Below, piece after piece: positions 27,156 through 37,648 of a DNA stretch of 64,000 bases (the stretch's first letter is position 1; the number at the start of each line of letters is the position of its first letter). The notes under the pieces are model-generated. The model saw only the letters and a list, made by a program, of their open reading frames with translations. It was not told the origin of the DNA and searched no databases. Source of the stretch: Ostreococcus lucimarinus (lineage: Eukaryota); assembly GCA_000092065.1 (NCBI GenBank), contig CP000587.1; one strand, written 5' to 3'. The position numbers were made by a program, and so were the translations under genes.

Positions 27156-30100
27156 ATGGGCGATGGGTCGTCCAAGGGAGACGTGGACGCGCAGAGGTTA
27201 GCGTCGGTGGCGTCCACGGCGGAGGCGATGGAGGAGCTCGGGTACGCGTGCGCGCACGCGAAAGATTCATTGATTGAAATTCTAGGGAAATTGCCAAAGT
27301 TGGACGACGCGGGGTTGGCGAAAGTGGTCGGGATGATCGCGAGGACGAGCTCTGGGAAGTTAGAAACGTCGAGGGGGGAGGCTGCGTTGGTGTCGTTGGC
27401 GAAAAGCGCCGGGATCGCGGCGCCGAGCGCGGAGGCGTTGCGATTGACGACGTGGAACGGGGACGTCGTGGTGGACGCCGTCAACGCGACGTATAAGGAT
27501 TTAAATTGGGAGAACGCGATGGAAAAGCTCGATCAACCCGAGTTTGGATGTCCGGACGCGAGTTCGTTTCAGTTGATCTGCGACATGTACTCACGAGCGA
27601 CTGGGAAGAGCTTCCCGGCGAAGGCTTTGTGCGCGGCGCCGTGGGGAAAGAATCAGGCGGGTCAGATTGAGGCGCTGCGACAACTCTTAGGTTCGCCGCA
27701 GGAGTCGTGCGATTGGGGGAGTTTGAAGCATGTCGACGTTGAAGGGACGTTAGCGGGGCCTTGGGGGTGTTTGGATTTGATGTCGACGCTTTGCTCGTTG
27801 AGCGAAACCGGACACCGAGACGCGGCGAGGGGGGCGCTCGAGCCGGGCGCCGGGCGGTCTCCGGAGACGGTGTGCATCACTCTCGCGCAAGTTTGCGACG
27901 AACACAACGCGCTCGCGCGCGATGCTTTCGGTGCGTTATTGCCTCCGTACGTGGCGACGTCACACCCTAAGTCGGGGTTGGTTTTGAGCAACGTGTGGGG
28001 GCGTCACTCGGTGGCGGTGATTCGCGCCATGGTTGACGCGCACACGTCATCACCGGCCGCGGCCGATCGTATCTTTGACGTTTGTCAAGAGTTGAACGCC
28101 TTGCAAGTTATCATCGATCGATCGCCGTTTCCCTTGGCGATTGAGATGGTTTCTATCGCCTCCGTCCGCGCGGGCGTAAACTTGGAGCAGTGGCTGCAAG
28201 AGAAGATCAAAGCCAACGGTGGCGCGTTTGTGAGCGCGTGCATGCGGTTCTTGCGCGCGAAGGCGACGCAAGAGGGTGGAGATAAGGGTGCCACGCCGCT
28301 CAAGCCAGAGGTTTTGCAGACTTTCTTGAAGGTTTTACAAGGCGCGCAGCAGACGATGCCGCCCGATTTGCAGGCGGAGCTTCGCCAACTCGTCGCGCAG
28401 ATTCAAAACTCGCCAAACAAAGGTCGAGATTCGAGCGCGGCTTCGGACGATTTGTCCGTGCAAGCCGGCACCGCGCAAGGTTTCACGCCGGACGTGGAAG
28501 AAGAGGCCAACCGCTACTTCCAGCGCGTGTATTCTATGCAGCAGTCCATCGGGGAGTTGGTCGAGGTGCTGCGCGCTTTCAGAGTGAGCCAAGTGCAACG
28601 CGAACGCGATGTGTTCTCGTGCATGGTGCACAACTTGTTTGATGAATACAAGTTCTTCCCGAAGTATCCAGAAAAGGAGTTGAGAATCACAGCTGTGCTC
28701 TTCGGTCAGCTCATCTTCCACAATCTCGTGAGTAACATCACTCTCGGCGTTGCTTTGCGTTGCGTCTTGGACGCGCTTCGCAAGCCGCAAGGATCAAAGA
28801 TGTTTGCCTTCGGGTCGGATGCTCTCGAGCAATTCAAGCGTCGACTCACTGAGTGGCCACAATACTGCCAGCACTTGGCGCAGATTCCGAATCTCGCGCA
28901 GGCACACCCTGATTTGTTGCACCTATTCTCTAAAGGTAACGATCAAACCGTGGCGCTCGGTCGAAGCGAACCGAGCATGAACACCGCGGCGAATGCCGAC
29001 GCACAACTTGCCGCTGGAGTCGCGGGAATGCGTATCGGTGGTGGCGACAGTGGAGGTGAAGGAAACCACCCACCTTTACCTCGATCACTGTCTTCCGGGA
29101 TGAACTTACCGCCTCAACCACCGGGACCTCCTCCAGCGGGAGAGTCGGCGCCCGCGCCGGCGGCCAGTCGTCTGACGACACGCGGTATGAGTACGCCAGA
29201 GATTGGTCAGATCGCTCGCGTGTCGAGCGGTGGACAAATCGCCGCGGCGGCATCCGGTGCGCCCAGCGGCTTCGCTACGTCTTTGAACATCGACACCTTG
29301 GTCGCCGCCAGCGCCGAAGCAAAGCAGCCAGACGCGGCGACAGCGGACAAGGTTCACTTTTTGGTGAACAATCTGTCGGCGGAGAACATGGAAGAAAAGG
29401 CGGCTGAAGTCAAGTCCAAGGTGAGCGCAGATCTGTACGAATGGTTTGCCGGTTATCTCGTGGTGAAGCGTGCGTCGATTGAACCAAACTACCACGCGCT
29501 TTACCTCGAGCTTCTCGAGAAGGTTGGCGACAAGAATTTGTACGCCGCGATTTTGCAGGCCACGTACCGAAACATCAAGGTTTTGTTGTCAAGCGGTAAG
29601 GTCAAGACGAACAGCGGCGAGCGCAGCTTGTTGAAGAATCTCGGCTCGTGGCTCGGTCAACTCACCATCTCGAAGCGTAAGCCCGTGCTTCAGCGTGACT
29701 TGGACCTCAAGGAGCTGATTTTGGAAAGCTACGAATCCGGTCGCATGATCGGCGTCGTGCCCTTCGTCGCCAAGGTGCTCGAACCGGCTAAAGACAACAT
29801 GATCTTTAAACCGCCGAATCCTTGGACGGTGGCCATTTTGTCGTTGTTGTGCGAAATCTATAACGAACGCGACTTGAAGCTGAACCTGAAGTTTGAGATG
29901 GAACGGCTGTTCAAGCATTTGGACGTCAACATTAAGGACATCGAGCCTTCGATGTTGCTCGCGTCTCGAATGCGCGAGCGCCAAAACAACCCCGACTTTG
30001 TCGCGGACAAGAATTTTGCAGCGCCGGTACCGTTGCAATCGGCCGCATCAGAAGGGTCGCTTCAGCAGCACGGCGTTGTCGGTCGTAGTATGGATGAGGA

Positions 30101-32612
30101 AGAGAAGACTCGTTTGCAAACGCAAAGCCTCGAGGGCGCGTTGCCAAACATGCAAGCTCACGTGCGCGTCGCGGCGGCGCCAAACTTGCCAGAATCTACT
30201 CGAGCCGCGCTCTTGCGTCTCCTCCCTGTGGCTTTGACGCAAGGTATTCGGGAGATCGTCGCGCCCGTTGTCGAACGTTCCGTGACCATCGCTTGCAAAA
30301 CATCGCAAGAGTTAGTCCGCAAGGATTTCGCCACCGAGGCTGACATCAACCGCGTGCGCAAGGCGGCGCATCTCATGGTGTCTTCGCTCGCCGGCTCGCT
30401 CGCCTTGGTGACTTGCCGAGAGCCTCTCAAGGCGAGTGTTGCGAATCAGCTTCGTGCGCTTTTGCAGCAGTCAGGTGCCGGCGCCGGCTCGGAGGCATCC
30501 GCCCTCGAAGCCGCGGTGCAATCTGCGACGGTTGACAATCTCGAATTGGGTTGCGCGCTCATTGAAAAGGCGGCGTCCGAGAAGGCGATTCGAGACATCG
30601 ATGAATCTCTCGCCGCGGCTGTGATTGTGCGTCAAAAGCATCGTGAGTCTGGTATCAATCAGCCGTTCTTTGATGCGGCCATCATGCAAGGTCGATACCC
30701 GGCGGCGCTTCCGGAGTCGCTCAGACCGCGACCTGGACAGCTCCCCACCGCCGCTCTTCGCATCTACGACGACTTTGCGCAGCTTCCTCGCGCACCGTCG
30801 GGACCGCCGCCGCCCTCGGGCGCGCCGCCGGCTTTCGCGAGACAGCCACCTTTCGGACAACCACAGCCACCGCCACCGCCTGTGGCGTATCCAGGCATGC
30901 CGCCGCCGCCACCTCCAGGTGCGCCGCCACCGCTGCCGCCGGATGTTCCGTCTGAGGGCGTCGCCGACGGCGCGCAAGACGCCGGCAAGGATTCGGCCAA
31001 GGGTCCTCCGTCTGGTGCGCATCCGCACGGTCAACCCGATCCCGCGGGCTTGCGCGAAAAGGTTGCGGCGCACTTCGACGAATGGGCTCGAGTGCAAGAT
31101 TTGCCCGTCACCGACGCGGCGAACGTGGCGTTCATGCAGCGACTCGTGGAGTCGCGTCTGCTCGCAGAGGACACCCAAGAACGCTTCTTGCGCATCTTGG
31201 TTGAACTCGCCGTCACTCACTGTCTCGGCAGCGAAGTGCCGAGCGCGACGCCTCAAGCGAGCTCGCAGCTTTCTTTCGCTGCGATCGACGCGTACGTTCG
31301 CCTCGTCACGCGATTGGTTCGTCGTCAAGAAGAACCGCTGGCGTCGAGGTTGGCATTTTTCGGCCGCGCCTTGGTCGCCGTCGTCCGCACGGCGATGCGC
31401 GACACGGATGAACGTAACGTTGCGTTTAACGCGCGACCTTACTTCCGCGCGCTCGCTGGTTTGCTCAACGAGATGCACGCCCCAGATAACGCCTTGGACT
31501 CCTCGCATCCTCAAGTTCTCGCGGCGTTTGCCTCCGCTTTTTTGGCGTTGCAACCGCTTCGCGTGCCGGGCTTTGCATTTGCCTGGCTTGAACTCGTCTC
31601 CCATCGCTGCTTCATGCCTCGTCTCTTGATCGACCACGAACAAAAGGGTTGGCCTTTGTTGCAACGATTGCTGACGGCCATCCTACGCTTCATGGAACCG
31701 CACTTGCGGACGGCAGATCTCTCTGAACCGATCAAGTTGCTGTACAAGGGCATGCTTCGCATGTTTCTCGTCTTGCTGCACGACTTCCCGGAGTTTTTGT
31801 GCAACCATCATGTCAACTTCTGCGACATCATCCCGCCCAACTGCATCCAGTTGCGCAACTTGGTGTTGTCGGCATATCCGCGCAATATGCGACTACCCGA
31901 TCCGTTCACTCCAAACTTGAAGGTGGACTTACTTCCGGAGACGCAGCAAGCGCCGAGAATCAACGCCGACGCCGACCACGCCTTCCGCTCCTCGCCCATG
32001 CGCGAAGAAGTGGATGCGTTCTTAACGACACGAAAGTCTGAGAACCTGAGCCAGCAACTGATTCATCGCTTGATGTTGTCTCCTTCAGCCGCGCTCGCGG
32101 CGGGAACAAAGTACAACGTCCCGTTGATCAACGCCTTTGTGCTCTACGTCGGCGTCCAAGCGATTCAAGCAAACCGCAGTAAGGACGCCTCGAGCGGCAT
32201 CGCGCAAAGCGCTCCGATGGAGTTGTTCTCGCAACTTATCGAATCGCTCGATATGGAGGGCCGATACCTGTTCGTGAACGCTATCGCGAATCAGCTTCGG
32301 TATCCGAACTGCCACACGCACTACTTCTCGTGCGTGATTCTCTTTTTGTTTTCCGAAGCCAAGTTCGCGATCATTCAAGAGCAAATCACGCGCGTTCTCC
32401 TCGAACGCTTGATCGTCAATCGGCCACATCCGTGGGGTTTGTTGATCACGTTCATCGAGCTCATCAAAAATCCGCGGTACAACTTCTGGGGACACGCTTT
32501 CACCAAGTGCTCGCCGGAGATCGAGCGACTCTTCGAGTCTGTCGCTCGCTCGTGCTTACCGCAACAAGACAAGGAGGGCGTCCCGAAACCTTCGCCGGTG
32601 CCCGCGTCATGA
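27156..32612 (+). CDS. CNOT1: CCR4-NOT transcription complex subunit 1 (CNOT1/NOT1 scaffold)
   Basis: Long colinear similarity including the MIF4G/CN9BD/DUF3819 regions and the NOT1 superfamily homology domain (YKGMLRMFLVLLHDFPEFLC..CDIIPPNCIQLRNLVLSAYPRNMRLPDPFTPNLK..NAIANQLRYPNCHTHYFSCVILFLFSE..RVLLERLIVNRPHPWGLLITFIELIKNPRY). Track start 27126 is GTG. First ATG is at 27156. Confidence 0.9.
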   Translation: MGDGSSKGDVDAQRLASVASTAEAMEELGYACAHAKDSLIEILGKLPKLDDAGLAKVVGMIARTSSGKLETSRGEAALVSLAKSAGIAAPSAEALRLTTWNGDVVVDAVNATYKDLNWENAMEKLDQPEFGCPDASSFQLICDMYSRATGKSFPAKALCAAPWGKNQAGQIEALRQLLGSPQESCDWGSLKHVDVEGTLAGPWGCLDLMSTLCSLSETGHRDAARGALEPGAGRSPETVCITLAQVCDEHNALARDAFGALLPPYVATSHPKSGLVLSNVWGRHSVAVIRAMVDAHTSSPAAADRIFDVCQELNALQVIIDRSPFPLAIEMVSIASVRAGVNLEQWLQEKIKANGGAFVSACMRFLRAKATQEGGDKGATPLKPEVLQTFLKVLQGAQQTMPPDLQAELRQLVAQIQNSPNKGRDSSAASDDLSVQAGTAQGFTPDVEEEANRYFQRVYSMQQSIGELVEVLRAFRVSQVQRERDVFSCMVHNLFDEYKFFPKYPEKELRITAVLFGQLIFHNLVSNITLGVALRCVLDALRKPQGSKMFAFGSDALEQFKRRLTEWPQYCQHLAQIPNLAQAHPDLLHLFSKGNDQTVALGRSEPSMNTAANADAQLAAGVAGMRIGGGDSGGEGNHPPLPRSLSSGMNLPPQPPGPPPAGESAPAPAASRLTTRGMSTPEIGQIARVSSGGQIAAAASGAPSGFATSLNIDTLVAASAEAKQPDAATADKVHFLVNNLSAENMEEKAAEVKSKVSADLYEWFAGYLVVKRASIEPNYHALYLELLEKVGDKNLYAAILQATYRNIKVLLSSGKVKTNSGERSLLKNLGSWLGQLTISKRKPVLQRDLDLKELILESYESGRMIGVVPFVAKVLEPAKDNMIFKPPNPWTVAILSLLCEIYNERDLKLNLKFEMERLFKHLDVNIKDIEPSMLLASRMRERQNNPDFVADKNFAAPVPLQSAASEGSLQQHGVVGRSMDEEEKTRLQTQSLEGALPNMQAHVRVAAAPNLPESTRAALLRLLPVALTQGIREIVAPVVERSVTIACKTSQELVRKDFATEADINRVRKAAHLMVSSLAGSLALVTCREPLKASVANQLRALLQQSGAGAGSEASALEAAVQSATVDNLELGCALIEKAASEKAIRDIDESLAAAVIVRQKHRESGINQPFFDAAIMQGRYPAALPESLRPRPGQLPTAALRIYDDFAQLPRAPSGPPPPSGAPPAFARQPPFGQPQPPPPPVAYPGMPPPPPPGAPPPLPPDVPSEGVADGAQDAGKDSAKGPPSGAHPHGQPDPAGLREKVAAHFDEWARVQDLPVTDAANVAFMQRLVESRLLAEDTQERFLRILVELAVTHCLGSEVPSATPQASSQLSFAAIDAYVRLVTRLVRRQEEPLASRLAFFGRALVAVVRTAMRDTDERNVAFNARPYFRALAGLLNEMHAPDNALDSSHPQVLAAFASAFLALQPLRVPGFAFAWLELVSHRCFMPRLLIDHEQKGWPLLQRLLTAILRFMEPHLRTADLSEPIKLLYKGMLRMFLVLLHDFPEFLCNHHVNFCDIIPPNCIQLRNLVLSAYPRNMRLPDPFTPNLKVDLLPETQQAPRINADADHAFRSSPMREEVDAFLTTRKSENLSQQLIHRLMLSPSAALAAGTKYNVPLINAFVLYVGVQAIQANRSKDASSGIAQSAPMELFSQLIESLDMEGRYLFVNAIANQLRYPNCHTHYFSCVILFLFSEAKFAIIQEQITRVLLERLIVNRPHPWGLLITFIELIKNPRYNFWGHAFTKCSPEIERLFESVARSCLPQQDKEGVPKPSPVPAS

Positions 32613-32777
32613 TACCACCCTCTGTTACAACATACTCTCCCATGACCAATGAGAAACAGAAAAAGAACAAAAAAAGCTCTAGAGCTAGAAGACTCGTCGC
32701 GCGTCGCCTAGGGCGTCGACGAAGTCGTCATCGGTAATTCGACGAAACATACAAAAAAATTAAATTACGTTACAACT

Positions 32778-33716
32778 CTAGTCTTCGCGCGCCGCGAGAG
32801 ATCGCCGACGCTTCGTCGGTGACGCGTCGAGCAGATGCAACCACTTCGTCGCCGCCAACGTCGCCGCGCCGGACGAATCGACGTCGGCGTATCGAGGCGA
32901 CGTCGCGACCGTCGTCAACTTTTGCGCGCAGTCGGCGTGCCATTCGTCCACGCGCGCGCTCAGAGAAGCCACCCACGCGCGACCCGCGTCGCCGTACCGC
33001 GAGATATACTTTTCTTTCACCTCCTCGGCTTCTCTACGAAGAAAATCCGCTTCGGCTTCGGCAACTTTCGCCCGACACTTGGCGCGAGCCTCCTCGAGCC
33101 TCGACTCCCGAGCGAGCTCGTCGTCGGCGTCGTCGACGAAACGCAAATCCCGCACGCCCGCCGCCCGTCGCGCCCGCGCGCACTCTCGCGCTAATTCTTT
33201 CACGCTTTCAACGTCGAATCGTCGCGAAATCGCGTTTCTCGACGCCAAGTCCACCGCGTCCAGAGCCCCTCGCAGCGCGCCTCTCGCTTCGTCGTCCTCC
33301 GCCTCCGCCTCCGCCGCCTCGTCGCGCGCCGCCTCCTCGTCGAACACCGCCACGTCGTCGTCTCCGCGCGCCGACCGCAACCGCGACGTCGATGACGCAC
33401 ACGACGTCGTCGTCGACGCCGCCGCGCCCTCCCACCCCCCGCCGTCGTCGTCGTCGAAATCCAACGCGCGCGCGACGCCTTCGCCGTCCCGTCGCGCGTC
33501 CCGCGTCGCCTTCCCCCCTACTTCCCAGATCCCGCCCGATCGCGCGCCCGCGCTGTCCAGATCCCCCGCCCACCGCCGCGCGCGTCCGTCGTCGTCGCCG
33601 TCGTCTCGCCACAGCCGAAACCGCGTCCCGCGTCCGTCGCCCGCCGTCGCCGCGCGCCCGTTCGCCTTCGCGCCCCGTCGCGTCGCGAATTCGGAGTAGT
33701 CGTCGCCCGCGTCCAT
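32778..33716 (-). CDS. Hypothetical acidic protein (Asp/Glu/Arg/Ala-rich), no family recognised
   Basis: ATG at 33716-33714. GC3-rich coding-like composition. C-terminal 120 aa are less biased (KYISRYGDAGRAWVASLSARVDEWHADCAQKL..). Confidence 0.4.
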   Translation of the reverse strand: MDAGDDYSEFATRRGAKANGRAATAGDGRGTRFRLWRDDGDDDGRARRWAGDLDSAGARSGGIWEVGGKATRDARRDGEGVARALDFDDDDGGGWEGAAASTTTSCASSTSRLRSARGDDDVAVFDEEAARDEAAEAEAEDDEARGALRGALDAVDLASRNAISRRFDVESVKELARECARARRAAGVRDLRFVDDADDELARESRLEEARAKCRAKVAEAEADFLRREAEEVKEKYISRYGDAGRAWVASLSARVDEWHADCAQKLTTVATSPRYADVDSSGAATLAATKWLHLLDASPTKRRRSLAARED

Positions 33717-33860
33717 CGCGTCGCGACGCCGGAGACGTCGACGCGTCGCGAAACGATTCGCGTCGCGTCGGCGCGTCGTCTCTGAACGCGCGCGCGTCCG
33801 TCTCTCGCCCGGCGACGCGCGACCCGTCGCGTCGACGCGGCGGTTTCAAACGCATCGCGT

Positions 33861-34075
33861 GTCCGACCGACCAATCTATGTACAAACAGTCACGTACCAA
33901 GTATACATCAACGTCGGTTTCGAACGCTCGCGGGTCCGACCGACCGATCTATGTACAAACAGTCACGTACCAAGTATACATCAACGTCGGTGTCGAACGC
34001 GTCGCGTGTCCGACCGACCGATACCGACCGATCTATGTACAAACAGTCACGTACCAAGTATACATCAACCGCACG
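33861..34075. repeat. Tandem repeat, ~68-bp unit x ~3.2, lower-GC, in the divergent promoter upstream of the ADP-glucose pyrophosphorylase gene
   Basis: Unit gtccgaccgaccgatctatgtacaaacagtcacgtaccaagtatacatcaacgtcggtgtcgaacgc read three times (33861-33928, 33935-34002, 34010-34075). The third copy has a ccgataccgacc insertion. Confidence 0.85.
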
Positions 34076-34433
34076 TACACTACTCACGAAAACGCCCATC
34101 GCGCGTAAAAGTCAAAAAAAAGCGACGCCCGCGCGGATATTTCGCGCGTCTCGACCCCCCCCCCGTCGAGTCGTGACTCGTCGTGACCCGATTTCGGGTG
34201 TCCGCGTCACCGCGTATCTCGACGGCCCGCGCGGCACACCGCGACGACGCGGCTCGACGACAGCCGACGCGCGACGCGCGCGACGCTCGACCGCGACGCG
34301 CGACGACACGGATTCGCGACCGAGGGTACGACGACGATAACGCGACCGCGCGACGGCGAATCGACGGCGCGATCGACGGCGATCGCGCGATCGATTAATC
34401 GCATCGATTCGCGTCGACGCGAGATCGAACGCG

Positions 34434-36140
34434 ATGATGACGGCGCGAGGCGCTTCGACGCGCGCGAACGGCGCGCGAACGACGCGTGGGAACGCGGGAA
34501 GGCGCGCGAGGGCGGAGGGACGACGGGGGGGGACGCGAGCGCGGAGCGCGGGGGGGCGATTCGACGCGAAGAGCGCGAACGCGACGGATTCGGAGACGAC
34601 GACGACGGCGGCGACGCGAGAGACGGTCGCGGAGGACGGTGATGGGGCGAATGAGGCGGTGCGGAGAGTGGCGGAGGATCACGTGCGGGCGATGGAGGCG
34701 CTGAAAGATGGTGGGGTGGGCGGGCGCGGGACGAGGAAGTCGAGGGAGGCGGCGTCGACGAGACGGGATTTTCGAGCGCGGGACGCGAGGTGCGTCGTGC
34801 TCGCGGGGGGGGCGGACGAGACGAATCCGTTGACGCGTGGGCGCGCGCGAAGTGCGGTGCATCTGGGGGGGGCGTATCGAGTGATTGATTTTCCTTTGAC
34901 GAATTTAATCAACTCGGGCATGCGTCAGGTGTACGTGCTGACGCAATACAACAGTCACTCGCTGGTGACGCACGTCAACCGCGCGTTCCCGATGGAGATG
35001 TTTGGAAACAACAACGAAGGGTTCGTAGAGGTGTTGCCGACGTCGCAGACGCGCGAGCACGGGGAGACGTGGTCGATGGGGAGCGCGGATTGCGTCGCGA
35101 GGCACCTCACGCACGGTTCGCTCACCAAGCATAGTTTCGACATGCGCTTGGAGGACGAGTGTTTGCAAAGACACGGATCGCTCGAAGCGTGCGCGGCGAA
35201 CCAAACCGACGGGATCACCATCGTGTTGGCCGCCGAGCAGTTGTACACGATGGACTTCAACAAGCTCTTGGAGGCGCACTTGAAGTCGGAAGCAGACGTC
35301 ACCGTCGCGACGTGCGATCAAGTCACGGCGGAGAACGCATCGAGATTGGGCATCATGGACGTCGACGAGCACACGTCGAGCATTTTATCCTTCATCGAGA
35401 AGCCTTCGGCCGATCAGTTGCTCGAGTTTATGCAGTGCTCGACGGAGAATGAGCTTCTCGAGTGCAAGCTCAACGCCAACATGGGCGTGTACGTCTTCAA
35501 CAACTCAGCCCTGGAAGAGCTTTTGAGAGATTCAAAGAATCCGGCGGAAGAACGACACGAATTCGGCAGGGACATCATTCCGCACGCGGTGAACGCGGGC
35601 TACGACGTACGTTCGTACAAGCACTCTGGTTATTGGAAGCCGCTTCGAACGCTCGCCGACATTTATGAGGCGAACATCTCAGTCGCCACCGGCGGCGACG
35701 CCGCGTCACTGATCGACTTTGATCGATTAGTGTACACGAAACCCAACTTTTTGCCGCCTAACACATTTTACGGATCTTCGTTGACCGAGCGTTCAATCAT
35801 TTCGGACGGGTGCGTCATTCGCGACGGCGCCAAAATCATCAACTCCATCGTCGGTCCGTGCACTGTGATCGACAAAAACGTCGATTTGGAAGGAGTCGTC
35901 GTGGTCGGTCGCGACGAAATCCTGAAGCGGTCCGGAGGGGACAAAGTCGCCGATATCGGCGCGAATACCATCATTCGTAAGTGCATGGTTGATTCCGACG
36001 CCGTCATCGGAGCCAACGTTCGCATTCTCAACGAGGCAGGCATTCAAGAACTCGATCGCACCGAGGATGGATACATCATCAGTGAAGGCATCGTCACCAT
36101 CCTCGGAGGCGCCGTGATCCCCGATGGGTTCACAATCTAA
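34434..36140 (+). CDS. Glucose-1-phosphate adenylyltransferase (ADP-glucose pyrophosphorylase) homolog with a degenerate N-terminal Gly-rich loop; Arg-rich transit peptide
   Basis: ATG at 34434. NTP_transferase core (VVLAGGADETNPLTRGRARSAVHLGGAYRVIDFPLTNLINSGMRQVYVLTQYNSHSL) and a C-terminal left-handed beta-helix (SIISDGCVIRDGAKIINSIVGPCTVI..). The canonical GGGxGTRL motif is replaced by GGADETNPL, and there are lineage-specific insertions. Confidence 0.8.
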   Translation: MMTARGASTRANGARTTRGNAGRRARAEGRRGGTRARSAGGRFDAKSANATDSETTTTAATRETVAEDGDGANEAVRRVAEDHVRAMEALKDGGVGGRGTRKSREAASTRRDFRARDARCVVLAGGADETNPLTRGRARSAVHLGGAYRVIDFPLTNLINSGMRQVYVLTQYNSHSLVTHVNRAFPMEMFGNNNEGFVEVLPTSQTREHGETWSMGSADCVARHLTHGSLTKHSFDMRLEDECLQRHGSLEACAANQTDGITIVLAAEQLYTMDFNKLLEAHLKSEADVTVATCDQVTAENASRLGIMDVDEHTSSILSFIEKPSADQLLEFMQCSTENELLECKLNANMGVYVFNNSALEELLRDSKNPAEERHEFGRDIIPHAVNAGYDVRSYKHSGYWKPLRTLADIYEANISVATGGDAASLIDFDRLVYTKPNFLPPNTFYGSSLTERSIISDGCVIRDGAKIINSIVGPCTVIDKNVDLEGVVVVGRDEILKRSGGDKVADIGANTIIRKCMVDSDAVIGANVRILNEAGIQELDRTEDGYIISEGIVTILGGAVIPDGFTI

Positions 36141-36349
36141 ACAATAAACAGAACACAGCGCCGGGCTCAAGCCATTTTGAACCCGCCGCGAGCGAAATGA
36201 AAATAGGGACGCAGGCGGAAACCGTAGAGCGCGTCAGAATTTGTTGTACCAAACCGAAGATTATTACGCTGACGATGCACCATTACTATCATCAATACGT
36301 CGTTACAACGCGTCTAAGAAATACTAGTAGAAATAATTGCTAAATGGAC

Positions 36350-37423
36350 TCACAAATCCGCCGAGCCGTTGCTCGAACGCGGCGAGTCCAAGAGCTTTTC
36401 GCGCTCGACTTCGCCGTCGCTCGAAGCCGTGATTTTGCTCACATCCTCGTCTGTTTTATACTTTTGATAATACGCGAATCCCAAGACGTTCATCGCGTAT
36501 CCGACGAGCTGCACGGGCGTCGTCTTCTCGCCCATGAAGACGACGCTAAACATGATGATTGCGACGTTGCGAACTTGACCGGCGGCTTTAAACGTCAGCG
36601 ACCCGCACGTCTTGATCACCCCCAAAGTGGTCACCATTACGAGAAACCCTAACACTGACACCGCGACGAACGGCCAAGGGTTGGCGCGAACGATGGCTAA
36701 GTCTCCTCTCAACGTAATCTCTCGCTGCTCGAAAATCGCCACGCCGACGGAGAGAAAGAAGAAATTCGCGGGACACGTGTAAAACAAACCCTCCAGTAAC
36801 CCAAACCCACGATTGCCCATGAAATGTTGAAACAACACCATGCGCATCGCCTCTGCACCTTCGCCTATGATCATGAGCGACAACCCCAACACCGTAAACG
36901 TTTCCTCCGTCGCGCACGCCACCGCCATGCCGACAGTCATCGTACCCACCGCTATCACCTTCTCCTTCGTCGCCGTGTCTAGACCCACGACGACCAACAT
37001 TAAAAACACCACGCACGGCGACAGGGACTTCATCATCTGTATGAAGCTCACGCTGAGGTACAAATATAACTGATTCCCCGCCGCGAACGTCACCGCGGTG
37101 AAGAACCCGATCGGAAACACCGTCACGAGCCACTCCTTCAGCGAAAGCGTGCGCTCCAATTTCACCGAATTCGTCAACACTAAAATCGCCGCGATCATCC
37201 ACGACAGCAGCGGTCCCGTCGCGCTGACGGCGATCGGGTACGGGAAGTCGTATCTGTTCAACACCGCGTCGTTCACCAAGATGATCAGCCCGCTGCACGT
37301 CCCCCACGCGAGCAGGTACAGCGTCGCTTTGAGCGTGTACAGCGCTCGCGTCAGTTCCGCGCTCGGCGCTCGCGAGCTCGGACGCCCCGCGATCTCGCGC
37401 GCGAGCGCTTTAAGCGCCGACAT
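36350..37423 (-). CDS. Triose-phosphate/sugar-phosphate/nucleotide-sugar translocator family protein (TPT, DMT superfamily)
   Basis: About 10 predicted TM helices. The two-repeat TPT architecture (LKATLYLLAWGTCSGLIILVN.. and KTCGSLTFKAAGQVRNVAIIMFSVVFMGEKTT) is recognisable. Track start 37435 is GTG. ATG is at 37423-37421. Confidence 0.8.
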   Translation of the reverse strand: MSALKALAREIAGRPSSRAPSAELTRALYTLKATLYLLAWGTCSGLIILVNDAVLNRYDFPYPIAVSATGPLLSWMIAAILVLTNSVKLERTLSLKEWLVTVFPIGFFTAVTFAAGNQLYLYLSVSFIQMMKSLSPCVVFLMLVVVGLDTATKEKVIAVGTMTVGMAVACATEETFTVLGLSLMIIGEGAEAMRMVLFQHFMGNRGFGLLEGLFYTCPANFFFLSVGVAIFEQREITLRGDLAIVRANPWPFVAVSVLGFLVMVTTLGVIKTCGSLTFKAAGQVRNVAIIMFSVVFMGEKTTPVQLVGYAMNVLGFAYYQKYKTDEDVSKITASSDGEVEREKLLDSPRSSNGSADL

Positions 37424-37648
37424 GGTCGCCAACACCTCGCGTCAGCGTCAACACCCTCGGGACGACGCGAGACGATCTCGGGACGACGCTCGCGACGACG
37501 ACGACGCGCGCGACGTTCGCGCGTCTCGTCTTCGTCGCGCGTCGACGTTCGCGCGCGCGGCGCGGCGCGGCGCGAAGTGGCGCTCGCGCGTCTCCGCGGC
37601 TGCCTGAGGACTACGAATTCTACTACAAAGTCAAATCAATCGCCGCGC

